Assembly (NCBI GenBank): GCA_951406725.2 | Contig: OX597816.1 | Location: 142,042,001-142,106,000 of the forward strand | Reading direction: 5' to 3' | Length of the DNA: 64,000 bases | Origin: Octopus vulgaris | Lineage: Eukaryota | In this document: positions 1 through 12,686 of the stretch, piece after piece | Layout: every line of letters begins with the position of its first letter | Numbering within the stretch: the first letter of the stretch is position 1 | Translations under genes and position numbers: made by a program | Notes under the pieces: generated by a model | Databases searched by the model: none | What the model was told of the DNA's origin: nothing | What the model saw: only the letters and a program-made list of their open reading frames with translations

Positions 1-21
1 GTGAAATTTTTTTTTTTTTTT

Positions 22-1449
22 TGCCTAAAATCAAATACCTAGATCAAATCATAGATAAGAATGGAAGACATCCTGACTTGTCAAAATCAGATGCAAGCAA
101 GAATATGCCTCCTCCAACAAATATACCAACATTACAAGCTTTCCTTGGCCTAGTAAATGACTACCAATCGTAAATTCCAAATATACATAAACTGAAAGCA
201 CCATTAAACGATTTACAAAAGAAATTAGTAAGATGGAATTGGTTAGTAAAGTGCCAAAATGCATTTGAAAACATAAAGAAAATATTAATTTCTTACTTGT
301 TACTAGTGCATTTTGATCCTAGAATGGACATTGTTGTAGTATCTGATGCTTTGGAGTATGGAATAGGAGCAGTCTTGCTACACAAGTATAAAGATGGAAA
401 TATGAAGCTAATAGTTCATGCTTCATATTCACTGATAGTAGTGAAAAAATGTATAGTCAGATAGAGGAGGCTCTATTAATTATTTTTGCAGTAAAAAAAT
501 TTCACAAATTTCTACATGGTAAAAGTTTTTATTACAAACCAACCCTCGACCATTACTATCAATCTTTGGATAAAAGAAGGGACTGCCTACTCATACAGTG
601 AACTGACTACAATTCAGGGGTTCAATATTGCTGAACTACAATTTTAAGATGCAGTATATTCCGTCAAAGAAAATGGATTATGCAGACTGCTTATCGAGGC
701 TAATTCCCAAGAGCGTGGAACCACTAGAAGAGACCATGATAGCATCATTGCAGTCAGAAAAGGAAGTAAGAAGTATTGTGTGTAATATAATCCAGGAACT
801 GTTGGTGACAGTGCATGATATAAAAATGAAATCCATAGAAGATAGTTACATTACAAGAATGAAAGAAACATTGAAAAAGAAGAATAATAAAAATACAAAT
901 TCAAATAATTTCTCACTATGCAATGATGTGAGCATGGTGAGTAATACTACCAAGTGCACTACAGAATTACAAAAATGGTAAAGAAGGTTGGGAGGATGGC
1001 TGTGAAACCAAAAGATTTGGTAACATGATGTATTTAATTAAAGAAAATCGTTCAGAACATAAGAGACAACTTAACCATTTAAAGATGAGACATACAGAAG
1101 AATGAAGGGTGATACCAAAGGAAGTCTTCAATGATATGTTTTAAGTGCCAGCATCAAGAGATATTGAATCCCATAGAACAAGCTTCAGAAAACGAAAACA
1201 GACTGAATATCTGGAAGTAATACCTAAATGAAAAAGATATTAAATTTTCAAAAAAGGAACAAAAAAATACACAAATGCTTAGTACAATGAAAAAGGAAAG
1301 TGCTGTGTGCAACAAACAATACTACCTTGAATGTTGGGTAGCAATTAAGATACAACAGCTAAAAAAACGTGGGAGAGGTGCTGGAAAGGTAAAATAAAAG
1401 CAAAAAAAATTCCACTTTCTCACAGTAGCTGAAATCTCAAAAGTGGAGA
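22..1449 (+). mobile_element. Ty3/Gypsy (Mag-like) LTR retrotransposon pol remnant: RT C-terminus/RNase H, integrase core deleted
   Basis: Frameshifted translation gives YLDQIIDKNGRHPD..PPPTNIPTLQAFLG, LVHFDP..IVVVSDALEYGIGAVLLH, MYSQIE, IIFAVKKFHKFLHG, LLNYNFKMQYIPSKKMDYADCLSRLIP. After ~960 it jumps to the post-integrase C-terminus (GNMMYLIK..KRQLNHLKMRH). Purine-rich PPT-like tract AAAAGTGGAGA at 1439-1449. Confidence 0.85.
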
Positions 1450-1688
1450 TGTTGTGATGAGAGTTACAACGCCCCCTTTTGAGAGTTAGACTGGTCTGAG
1501 TAAAGTATAAATAGTAACGATCTGAGTAAGTTCAGAGTTCGGAGTTGAGTGAAGTCAGAAGGTGTTGGTTGGTTAGTTCACAAGGAACATTGATTGTTGG
1601 TTTGTAAAGAGATTTGTTAGTTCATTACATTGTTTTTACTGTTGTCTTGTTATCTTATTTATTGTACATAACAAAATACATTACAATA
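1450..1688 (+). repeat. 3' LTR of the Gypsy element (~240 bp)
   Basis: Starts TGTTGTGA immediately after the PPT and ends TTACAATA, an imperfect inverse of the start. Internal GTATAAATAG TATA-like box at ~1505. Confidence 0.65.
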
Positions 1689-1744
1689 GTAACCTTGGGG
1701 GTATGTTCTGGGACCTTGTAATCACATTTACCTCTCTTTGAGGC

Positions 1745-2075
1745 ACCACTCCAGCCACCTCCAACCATCCATGTAAAATGCAAAGCAGGTGTTTTTATTC
1801 ATATGCATCACTGTACCAGTTCAGTCTTCTCTCTTGCATACTACATCCAATTCCTGTTATACCCAGATTTTCTCTCAACACATTTGTACTTTGTCATTCA
1901 TGCACACTGATTTGCATATTAAATGGAGCATGCTAGCTTAATTTCTTTCTAGTCTTCACAAGTCCTCTGCATCCAATGCTCACATCTCACCACAATGTAA
2001 CATTGCTGTTTGCACGCAGGTATCATACAATCTGCTTTTCACTCTGAGAGAGAAACCTTTTACTACCAACAGAGC
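1745..2075 (-). mobile_element. Decayed RTE LINE fragment (same family as 16740-18386)
   Basis: LLVVKGFSLRVKSRLYDTCVQTAMLHCGEM matches LLVTKGLSLRVKGRLYDACVRTAMLHGSET in the 16848-17732 ORF. Confidence 0.8.
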
Positions 2076-2756
2076 GTGTGTGTGTGCACATGTGCATACA
2101 TATACTGATATGCATTTTATTAAATTTTTTACGTTATAACCCATTTCACTGCTAAAAGGCATTTGTTTAGTGATGTAAATAAGTATTTACAGCATAAATA
2201 TTTAAATAGCTACACAGTAGGAAAAAAGTGGAAACATTAATCAGAAAAACAAATTTAGCAGTCAAGGTATATTAAGTAGTTTTAAGAGTGCCATAGAATA
2301 TAATGATGTGAGAGAAGGCTTCAATTAAGATGACTTGGTAGATGATGGATTGTAAAGCAAAAGAAGGCCAGTGGAATGTGTAGAGAAATAGATGAAGGGA
2401 GGAAGGAAGACAGTGAAAATGAATCAATGGGCAATGGCTATTGCCAGCATTTCTTCAAATAAACTGCAATCTTAGTCCAGTTGAAATTGTAAAATTAATT
2501 TGTAATTTAAATTTCACCAATACAATTTACAGCTAAAGGTTAATTTTCATAATTAAATATGTTGGTAAAAAAATAGTTGGACAGTAATGAAGTCATTTAA
2601 AATATTTGAAATATGCAAAGTTTATATTAGCTATTACAAGAAAAGTTAATGTAGCTTTGAAGTTAAAGGAACAGAGTTCTATTAATCTTAAAAGCTACAA
2701 AAGCTATGTTTAAAGGTTTAAGAAAATTAAGGAAACAAAATTCAGTATTACATTAT

Positions 2757-3340
2757 AAACAAGAGACTCAGAGAGCAGAAACCTCCACCAAGGCAACACC
2801 AACATCCTCTCAACAATTTGCCAAAGATGATTTTTTAAATGAGAATATCTGAAATAAACTCAACTGTTCTCACAAACGAGAATACTGAAAACGAACCCAA
2901 CCACTCTCAAAACTTAAGTTTAAAAAATGGAAAAATAATCCAGTATCCTTGTCTGGTACCTGATCGATCCCAGTGGTGGTCATGGAATGTGAAGGTGGCT
3001 GTAGAAAATTTAGCAACAGTAATAAGTATTTTATCCTTATCTAATACAAGCCAAAGTTAACAAATTCATCATTCAAAATAGTCACAGCCTAAAGGGAGAT
3101 AATTGAGAAAGACTTGAAAGTTAACGTAAGATTATAATCATGTAACAAATAATCCAGAATTCTTGTCCGATATCAGATCTATCCCAAAACCTAATCAGTT
3201 TGTGCCAGTCATGAGGCCAAACATACCTGAAAGTTTCAGCCAAATCCATCCAGCAGTTCTTGAGATATCTTGTCCACAGATAAACAAACAAACACGACTG
3301 AAAACAATACATCTGCCTTCGCTAAGACAGAGGTTATAAT
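2757..3340. mobile_element. Non-autonomous Helentron/HINE(DINE)-like element
   Basis: Begins AAACAAGAG with subterminal ACCTCCACCAAGGC (2781). Ends in hairpin TCTGCCTT-cgct-AAGACAGA-GGT (3312-3334) preceded by a short (AAAC)n. An internal block AATAATCCAG..CTTGTC..GATC.ATCCCA is duplicated (2934, 3149). Confidence 0.5.
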
Positions 3341-3749
3341 GATAAAATTTTGTAATTTCATACTGATGGCATAATTTACATCTTATAATTATCAATAACC
3401 TTCTGATGTCCCTAGACAGAGTTTTTTTTGGTTTTTTTTTTAGGCTGTGAGGCCTTGAAACTGTAATGTACCTTAGTAGAGACATCTACTAATGCACAGC
3501 CTTTTGGTCAGAGACAGCCATTAGAACAATTATAAGCACAAGATTTTTTAACATAATAAATAACCTAATTTTTATCTTATCGGCATCTCAGTAGAAGTAA
3601 TAAGATTAAATCTAAACAATAAGAGATTAATAACAGAAGAATGCCCATTACAATTCCCCATGTAAGGCTAGTATGTTATGTTGATATTTAAAAAGAATGT
3701 ATTTTGAATGCTCCTAGAGATAAAAATGGTTAAATCTCTGTGATCTTTA

Positions 3750-3870
3750 TATTTTATTTGATTCAGTCATTGGACTGTAGCCAAGCTGTAGCACCAGGTG
3801 AAGAGTTTAATTGAACAAATTGACCCCAGCACTTTTTTTATGGCTGGTGTTTTTTCTATTGGTCTGTGTC
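3750..3870 (-). mobile_element. SINE family A 3' fragment
   Basis: Reverse complement of the family-A tail (..CAGTCATTGGACTG.GCCA.GCTG.AGCACC) seen in copies at 19303 and 44415. Confidence 0.6.
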
Positions 3871-4206
3871 CAATGCCACCTTTCCATTGCTACAGGTCTT
3901 GTGACGCAAAAAGGCAAAAGGACATGACAAAATTACAAAAGGACATAAGGGAGCAATAAAACATAACAATGAAGACAACATGGACAGTTAACAATGATGT
4001 TAGAAGGACAAATACAGAATTTAAGTCTTGCAATGCATTGCAAAGATTCCCCATACTAGTGTTAAGTGTTCTGAAGACAAGCTGAAGCAAGTTGTCTGAC
4101 TCAGTAATTCTTGTGGATGTTACATTAGAGTATCCATGGAGGATACTATGATGTAACACCCCCTAGAATGACTCACAAGACAACAGAGGTTTAAGAAAAT
4201 ATAATA

Positions 4207-4530
4207 ATCATCATCATCGTTTAACATCCGCTTTCCATGCTAGCATGGGTTGGACGATTTTGACTGAGGGCTGGCAAACCAGATGGCTGCACCAGGCTCC
4301 AGTCTTGATTTGGCAGAGCTTCTATAGCTGGATGCCCTTCCTAAATGCCAACCACTCCGAGGGTGTAGTGGGTGCTTTTTACATGCCACTAGCATGGGGG
4401 CCAGTCAGGCGGTACTGGCAACGACCTCGTTCAAATCCTTTTATACATGCCACCAGCACAGGTGCCAGAAGGCAACTTTGGTAACGATCACGCTCAAATG
4501 GTGCCCTTGGCTGCTCTGGCAACGATCATG
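4207..4530 (-). mobile_element. RTE 3'-UTR-only copy (5'-truncated LINE or SINE-like) with (CAT)n tail
   Basis: Reverse complement of 18040-18386: CATCATCGTTTAACATCCGCTTTCCATGCTAGCATGGGTTGGACG... Confidence 0.85.
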
Positions 4531-6048
4531 TTTTAAGAAAATATAATATATGAATATAATATATAAGATATATAAAAAAAAATGAACATAAAAAATATAA
4601 AAAATTATAAAAATATAACATTTGAAAATATAAGAAACATTTGGAATGGCATCTAAGTGATTTTGTAATTGTTAGGCAGAAGATGTACTTAAAGAGCATT
4701 TCTTAAAATGAGTAGATTGTTGGTTAGATAATATGATAATACACTTGTTAGAGCGAAAATTAGAATGATAATACATCCTTGGCTCAGACAGTTTAACAAT
4801 AAAACCCTACCAAAATGTATCAATGAAGGCAAGCTTAAAGATCCTAATGTGTTGGAAGTTTACAAGGAACATTTTTCATCCATTTTCATGGGGAGATTCC
4901 TTGGAATTCAAAAAGCTGATAATAATTAGAATTGGCTTGATGAAAATAGTGTAGAGATAATTTAGCAACTTGAGCATAAGTCTGCACTCAGAAAAATCCC
5001 TTAAATAGATACAAAAAGATACAAGATGAGCTAAAACAAGTCAAAGCAAAGTACAGAGAGCAATAAGAGTTATGAAAGAAAATCAGCGGGCAACTTTGTC
5101 AAAAGATTTTCAATCAGCTGCTGAGTACTAAAGAGTTTTATGTTCTCATGAAAAAAACATTTGGTCCTAAAGCTGCAAAAATTACAATTTAATGTTCAAG
5201 CAATGAGGAAATACTCTTTATATCAATGGAAGCTATTGTAAAATGATGGAAGAAGCAGTTTTCAAACTTTTTTTACCCAAAATTCTAATGTCGATAATGA
5301 TACTATGCCAATCGTTTATGAATTAAGTAATATTTTTTCAACTGCAAATGTTCAAGTCCCAATTTAATAAATTTAATCTTGGAAAAGCACCAGGAATAGT
5401 TGGAATCACACTAGATATTTTCTAGTTTGGAGGTAATCATATGGCAAAATTAATGCATTAAATATTTTTTATGTATGGGAGTTAGGAGCAGTATCTAAAG
5501 TTTGGTGGGATGGTATTATGATTTCATTTATGATGGGAAAAGAGCAAGATAAGTGTTGATATTCGAGAGGAATCACACTTTTATCCTCTGCTGACAAAAT
5601 ACTCACTTCAGTTCTCTTAGCACAATTAAATGATAATATTTTAGTGAATGTTCTCTCAGAATCTCAAAGTGGTTTTAAATCAAACAGAGGAGCCATAGAT
5701 ATGATCTCTGCATGTCAGTTGTAATAAAAGTGTCAAGAACAAATCTAGATTTAGTCCAGGACTTTGCCGATTTCACAAAGGCCTTTGACACAGTGAATAG
5801 GCATGCATTATGGAAGATTTTTGTGTAAGCTTGGCTGCCTAATGCATTTCATAAATATGATGACCATGCCAGCATGGACAACGGATGTTAAATGATGATG
5901 CTGATGATGATGATGGATGCATTTGTTAACAGTGGATTTCTTTCAGAATCCTTTAAAGTGTAAAACAAATTGAAGCAAGGAGATATTTTGGGGCTGACTT
6001 TATTTTTCCCTATACTTTTTGGTTGTGCTTTCAAAGATTATAGGGAAG

Positions 6049-6302
6049 ATCATCATCATCATCATCATCATCATCATCGTTTAACGTCCGTTTTCCGCGC
6101 TAGCACGGGTTGGACGGTTTCGACCGGGTCTGGGGAGCTCGGGACTGCCCCAGGCTCCAGTCTAGTCTGGCAGTGTTTCTACAGCTGGATGCCCTTCCTA
6201 ACGCCAACCACTCCGCGAGTGTAGTGGGTGCTTTTTACGTGCCACCTGCACAGGTGCCAGAGGGGTCTGGCATCGGCCACGTTCGGATGGTGCTTTTTAT
6301 GT
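6049..6302 (-). mobile_element. Young RTE 3'-UTR copy with (CAT)n tail, nested in the old LINE
   Basis: Nearly identical (reverse complement) to 12350-12590; CpGs retained. Confidence 0.85.
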
Positions 6303-6550
6303 GGGGGGGGGGGGTGCAGAAATATAGGGGAGCACCAGTGGGGAGGGGTGGTTCAGAGAAATGATGACAGGTTCTAGGCAAGTAGAACGTAGGATATCGA
6401 GAGAGGGGTAATGCATGGTGAAATAGCGTATTGAAGAGGGGGGTTCAAAGAGTAGACACCTATAATGGTGGTGGGAGAAGCGACATCCGGTATAGATGAA
6501 GCAAAATATAGAGATATCCGGTATTGGTGGTGAGGGCGGGCGCACCGCGC

Positions 6551-6802
6551 ATTGGGAGATGAGGTTTTAGGCGGCAGAAAGAAGACAGGATTGAGATGAA
6601 ATGCTTTGCGGTGGTGTGAATAAGTTTTTGTGAGTGAAAGTCTTTATGCTTCAGCTAGCATTTGAGACGAAAGACAACGATAACGCTATTAGATGGGGAT
6701 ACAATAATAATAAGGCTTGCAAAAACAATGAAAAGAGGAAACAGGTCGGGAACTTAGCTGATGTTTTTTCATCCTGCGGAAGCGAGTGAAGGTGAGATAT
6801 AT

Positions 6803-6868
<66 letters not shown>

Positions 6869-7164
6869 TGAAAACAGAGGGAGAACCGACACCACATAGC
6901 GAGAGAGAGAATTGGGAGATGAGGTTTTAGGCGGCAGAAAGAAGACAGGATTGAGATGAAATGCTTTGCGGTGGTGTGAATAAGTTTTTGTGAGTGAAAG
7001 TCTTTATGCTTCAGCTAGCATTTGAGACGAAAGACAACGATAACGCTATTAGATGGGGATACAATAATAATAAGGCTTGCAAAAACAATGAAAAGAGGAA
7101 ACAGGTCGGGAACTTAGCTGATGTTTTTTCTCCTGCGGAAGCGAGTGAAGGTGAGATATATACC

Positions 7165-7215
<51 letters not shown>

Positions 7216-7509
7216 TGAAAACAGAGGGAGAACCGACACCACATAGCGAGAGAGAGAATTGGGAGATGAGGTTTTAGGCGGCAGAAAGAAGACAGGATTG
7301 AGATGAAATGCTTTGCGGTGGTGTGAATAAGTTTTTGTGAGTGAAAGTCTTTATGCTTCAGCTAGCATTTGAGACGAAAGACAACGATAACGCTATTAGA
7401 TGGGGATACAATAATAATAAGGCTTGCAAAAACAATGAAAAGAGGAAACAGGTCGGGAACGTAGCTGATGTTTTTTCATCCTGCAGAAGCGAGTGAAGGT
7501 GAGATATAT

Positions 7510-7577
<68 letters not shown>

Positions 7578-7671
7578 TGAAAACAGAGGGAGAACCGACA
7601 CCACATAGCGAGAGAGAGAATTGGGAGATGAGGTTTTAGGCGGCAGAAAGAAGACAGGATTGAGATGAAAT
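6551..7671. repeat. Tandem repeat, ~360-bp unit x3 plus a 52-bp partial copy, each full unit carrying a variable (GA)n
   Basis: Units start ATTGGGAGATGAGG at 6551, 6911, 7258 and 7620 (360, 347, 362 bp). They are nearly identical apart from (GA)n length. Confidence 0.95.
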
Positions 7672-7793
7672 ACATTCCTATATATATATATACATTCATT
7701 ATATATATATATATATTCATTATATATATATATAATATATATATATATATAATTATATATATATATATACATTCATATATATATATATATACA

Positions 7794-7832
<39 letters not shown>

Positions 7833-8140
7833 TCATATATATATATATATATTATATATATATATATACATTCATATATATATATATATACATTCATATA
7901 TATATATATATACATTCATATATATATATATACATTCATATATATATATATATATACATTAATACATATATATATATACATTCATATATATATATATACA
8001 TTCATATATATATATATACATGCATATATATATATATACATTCATATATATATATACATTCATATATATTCATACATATATATATATATTCATATATATA
8101 TCAACAATCAAGGAATATATATATGAATATATATATATTC
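7672..8140. repeat. Compound (TA)n/TACATTCA minisatellite
   Basis: Repeated CATTCATATATATATATATA motif. Confidence 0.95.
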
Positions 8141-9399
8141 AGTGCAGAAGCACTGTTAAATTATTTAATTTGGAAAAGCTTTCAGCAAAAACAAAGATAT
8201 TTGTCTTTCTAATAAGTGATTTATTGTATGCAGATGACTGTGACTTGGTAATCTATTCAATCAATGATAGGCAGCACCAAGTACTTAAACTTGATGAATC
8301 CTGTACGGCCTTTGGGCTTACAATAAGTTTATGTAAAGCTCTTGTTATGCATATTTCAACCAGCTATGAACCTGATATTTTTCTTCAAAACACAAAATTG
8401 AATGTTGTAGACAAATTTATATACCTTGGAAGCTTGCTGAATCATGTTTGTTCATTAGAGGATAACTCTTTGTGCTCTATACTGAAAATCAAATGAAAGC
8501 ACAAGGTACCAAATACTGAAATACTTGAGCATGCTGGTGAGAATAGTACTGAAACTGAAATTCATTGACACAGACTTTGCTGTAATGGCCATCTGTTAAG
8601 GGAATCTGATCAATGCAAGCCCAATCAACAGTAATATGGTCAGATAAAAGAAACCTCAATGCAAATCCAAAATGCATTTTAAAGATTCAATTAGAAGCTC
8701 ACTAAAGAACTTTGAAAAGGTGCATGTAAATTGGGATAGTGATGCAATGGATTGGCCAAAATGGAGGAATAAAATCCTGGAAGGTGCTACCGTTGATGTA
8801 GCTAATAGGGGAGCAAAGGAAGTAATCACTCCCCTTACTGCTGAGCACGATTGTCAAAATTGGAGCCTTTTCAAGAATTTTTTTAAAACTCTTCAGTTCA
8901 CTTGTACAATAAAAGTCAAATCTTTTTTTGTTAATTGCATGGCTTTGGGAGAACTTTCTGGGGTCATTACTTTATTTGACCAATCACCAATGTTTTTGAA
9001 CTGTCTGCTCAATCTCCTGTGATGTATTGCTGGCTGCTGACATCTGAAGAACCAAATCAAACTCTGACATCATAAAATCTTGACACTGGATGATCTTATG
9101 GAGTTTCATCTTTTTTACATCACACTTATATCAATAGCAGTAAGTTTCATACATAATGACATTGTTACTGAAACATGAAATTAATAAATGTTGAATACAA
9201 TTATGTATATTATTACTAGTGAAATATTCCGTTTAATATTAGAGAAACGAGTAAAAAATTGTCTGGTATGTATCACAGCTCCTTTTATGTGCTCACGCCC
9301 ACTAACTGGCTACACTTCTGGGAGCTACAAGTGGAAACATGCAATGATAAAAAGAGAGGCATGAAAAGGTTTGTTTGTGGCTAATGATTCTTCTCTCTT

Positions 9400-9670
9400 T
9401 ACTTGTGTGATACCTGCAAGTGTATTTTGTCTCTCCCAAACTGGACTAGTAAATCATAAGAGGAAGCAATTATTTAGGCCTCCTCCTGGCTATTCACTGT
9501 TACAGTTTGTTGAACTATCTTGCAGTTTGTAATATCTGTAGAAGTAAATCTGGGTTGACCAGTCACATGAAATGTCACAATATCAATTTTCAGCAGCAGT
9601 TAGAAAACTAAATTGTTTTCATGTTGTCTGTGTGGAAAATTTTGTAAATCTCTTGCTGAATTAGAGTCAT
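9400..9670 (+). pseudogene. Three decayed C2H2 zinc-finger motifs, probably the C-terminus of the 4600-8790 RTE
   Basis: With frameshifts: CDTCKCI/CLSQTGLVNHKRK; ICRSKSGLTSHMKCH; FSCCLCGKFCKSLAEL..H. Confidence 0.55.
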
Positions 9671-10065
9671 TTCCGGTCAAACGATATATAAACTATCTTT
9701 AACCATCTTGTAGTAATTTTCAAAACTGTAATATTTTACTCTATAAAATTTTCTTATCAATGGTTCTGAATCAAATTTGTATATAACTGTTGTTTATTTA
9801 TTCATTTCTATAGCTAAATCACTTTTGATTTATCTCTTATAATTACTCATCTTTATTTAAACATATTATTCTGTTTGTATCTAACAATAATTAAACTGTA
9901 ACTACCATTGAAGTTACTAAATTATGCTACATTAATGTCTTTATGAATATCATTTGTGTGGTTATTGTTGTTAGTTTTAACTAGTTTGGTGTGTATATAT
10001 ATGTACTCTGTCAGTGTTGGTGTTGGGAAAAGTCATACTTGATTAACATACCAACGGCCGTCATG

Positions 10066-10101
<36 letters not shown>

Positions 10102-10130
10102 TATTATTCTTACACAAGAATGTTATTGAT

Positions 10131-10172
10131 AGTGACTTTGAAGTTTCAGCCAGTTAAGGCATCATCAGCACT
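10131..10172 (-). ncRNA. Minimal type-I hammerhead ribozyme motif (slightly decayed)
   Basis: Minus strand reads agtg CTGATGA tgcc-ttaact-ggct GAAAC ttcaaa GTC act. Confidence 0.55.
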
Positions 10173-10401
10173 CCAAAACTTGAAATAACTGTCAACAACA
10201 TTCTTGTATGAGAATAAGAAATTTGTCCATTACAAAAGCATAAAGCAGTGGTTCCCAAAGGGAAGAAAGGTAGGGTGATAATGGTTTGATCAAAAGAAGG
10301 TGATGGATGTAAAAACAACATAATAATGGGTTAATTAGGTTAAGTTTTATCTGTGAAATACAGCTGTTTTGAATTTGATGCAGAAAGTGGTCTGTGTTTG
10401 T

Positions 10402-10460
<59 letters not shown>

Positions 10461-10536
10461 TAGATTTATATATATGTATATAGGTATATATGTGTGTGCG
10501 TGTGTGTGTATATATATATGTGTGTGTGTGTGTATA

Positions 10537-10790
10537 GGCGTGTGGTTTAGTGGTTAGGATATCAGCATCATGATCGTAAGATTGTGGTTTCGATTCCTGG
10601 ACCAGGCAACGCGTTGTTCTTGAGCAAAACACTTCATTTCACGTTGCTCCAATCCACTCAGCTGGCAAAAATGAGTAATGCTGCAATGGACTTGCGTCCA
10701 ATCCAGCTAGGGAACACATACACCATAGAAACTGGGAAACCGGGCCCATGAGCCCGGCAAGGCTTTAAAAGGGTGCATTTATTTTTATTA
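10537..10790 (+). mobile_element. tRNA-derived SINE (family C) with a V-domain-like central block
   Basis: A box TGGTTTAGTGG and B box GGTTTCGATTCC. CTTGAGCAAAACACTT and GCAATGGACTTGCGTCCAATCCAG blocks; AT-rich tail. Confidence 0.65.
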
Positions 10791-10949
10791 TATATATATA
10801 TATATATGGGAGTGGGTCCAACAAGTTTATACAGGATCTCCTAACGACAATGTAAACTTCATATATATGTGTGTTTGTGTGTGTATGTGTCTACACATAC
10901 ATATACACACACACTATTTAGAATTCCTTCACTTTTTTTCATATATAAT

Positions 10950-11500
10950 CATAGAATTCACTCATATCTTTTTGTTGAATATGTGTATCAAAGTGTTCTT
11001 TATGAGTTTTCTCTTGAATTGATGTCTAAATATTTTGTTGAGTACTACAGCTCTTAGACTTTTTAAATATTGATGAATTTGTTGAATATTCCTGTTGTAC
11101 ATTTTGGATTGTCACCATGCTGAAAAATCCAAGACTGATCCAAATAAATTTTGGCAGATGGAACATAGCTCTCTTGAAGATCTACAGACAGGCTGCACTG
11201 TTCATGATACCTTGATATAAATTATGGGTCTAATCCCCTTTTGTGGATGTGCAACCTCCAACTATGGCAGTGCAACCCCAAACTGTGACCAGATTCTGGA
11301 ACTCTGGGTGAAAATATTTTCCTATGCATTGCCAGACATATATTGGCTGCCAGATATTCAAAATGCCAATAGCAGTAATTTTCCTGTTTTTCTTTATGAT
11401 ACAAACAGTAGCAGTATTGATCCATCTTTTCTGAAGTTTTTTGTGGTTGCATTGATCAAGGATAGTCAGAAAAACCACCAGTTTAATTGAAAATGTCCAC
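10950..11500 (-). mobile_element. Tc1-like DDE transposase remnant
   Basis: Minus strand, across frameshifts: IYVWQCIGKYFHPEFQNLVTVWGCTAIVGGC, QGIMNS and YVPSAKIYLDQSWIFQHGDNPKCT, resembling Tc1 YVWR..TVKHGGG.VMVWGC..GIMN..IFQQDNDPKHT. Confidence 0.6.
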
Positions 11501-11833
11501 AGGTAATCAGCAGCTACTGAGCACCCAACCTTAGCAACTATAGTTAGAAAAGTCTATTTCAACTTATGCAATTAAATAAATCACAACCACATATCTGATC
11601 ACAAATTTTTGATTTAGTAATTCACAAAAGAATTTAGAATGATATAATCAAATAGTTATTAATAACTTGTTTTACATAGATAAAATATAATACGAAATAT
11701 TAAAATTAAATTACTTTTTCTAAAATATTCTTAAATTAAATGATATTCATTTTTCTATCTATTAATAAAGTCAATAATTTCATTTATTAATACTTCCAAT
11801 AACTACATAATGCTAATTTCAATGTTTTCATGT

Positions 11834-12050
11834 TTAACTCTTGATACCAACCTGCATGAGAAAATCACTGGTTCTATGATAAACTTAATGTTTCAAAATT
11901 ATTTCAAAATTAAAAGTTTCTATCAAAAGTTCATGTTATGTTCAGAACTACAGCTTAATAATGACAAAATTATTTTGCTAAATTCTTCATCATTTCTAAT
12001 TGAAACAAAGGTAGTGTACTTTCACAGAAGTATGGTAACAAAAGGGTTAA
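11834..12050. mobile_element. piggyBac-type MITE
   Basis: TTAA-CTCTTGATACC ... GGTAACAAAAGGG-TTAA: TTAA target duplication with imperfect TIRs. Confidence 0.55.
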
Positions 12051-12203
12051 ACTTACATTAAAACTTTCTTTTCTTCATGACTCTCTTTATTGTAACTAAT
12101 TAACATTAATTATGAGTATACCCTTGACTTGAAACTAAGCGGTGCCAGTGTATATGTACACATACATATGTATATTTGTATGCATATATATATATATGTG
12201 TAT

Positions 12204-12587
12204 CTGTGCCGGTGGCACATAAAAAGCACCATCCGAACGTGGCTGACGCCAGCGCTGCCTCAAAAGGCTCCAGTGCCGGTGGCACATAAAAAGCACCATC
12301 CGAATGTGGCCGATGCTAGTGCCACCTTGGCTGGCTTCCGTGCCGGTGGCACATTAAAAGCACCAACCAATCGTGGCCGATGCCGGACTCCCCTGGCACC
12401 TGTGCAGGTGGCACGTAAAAAGCACCCACTACACTCGCGGAGTGGTTGGCGTTAGGAAGGGCATCCAGCTGTAGAAACTCTGCCAGATCAGACTGGAGCC
12501 TGGTGCAGCCCCTGGCTTCCCAGACCCCGGTCGAACCGTCCAACCCGTGCTAGCACGGAAAACAGACGTTAAACGATGATGATGATG

Positions 12588-12590
<3 letters not shown>
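12204..12590 (+). mobile_element. Young RTE 3'-UTR copy with (GAT)n tail
   Basis: Matches 17940-18386, including tandem GTGCCGGTGGCAC.TAAAAAGCACC units and the GTTAAACGATGATGAT tail. Confidence 0.9.
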
Positions 12591-12619
<29 letters not shown>

Positions 12620-12634
12620 GTATATATATATATG

Positions 12635-12686
<52 letters not shown>

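Larger units (their letters stand above)
4600..8790 (+). mobile_element. Old RTE/BovB-type LINE ORF remnant interrupted by several insertions
   Basis: Motifs in collinear order: GKAPGIVG (5381), RGITLLSSADKIL..ESQSGFKSNRGAIDMI (5566-5705), FADFTKAFDTVNRHALWK (5763), KQGDILGLTLF (5973). It resumes after the insertions at ~8140 with [31 protein letters not shown] and FKDSIRSSLK..W..WRNKI (8678). Confidence 0.8.

Noticed and set aside
5970-6224. ORF with poly-His tract
   Set aside because: A chimera of an old RT fragment and the (CAT)n tail of an inserted element.
6551-7671. Hammerhead retrozyme interpretation of the 360-bp array
   Set aside because: No CUGANGA...GAAA core with pairing stems found on either strand by eye.
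10537-10607. tRNA gene candidate
   Set aside because: A and B boxes are present but there is no convincing cloverleaf and it continues into a SINE body. The same applies to the heads of SINE families A and B.
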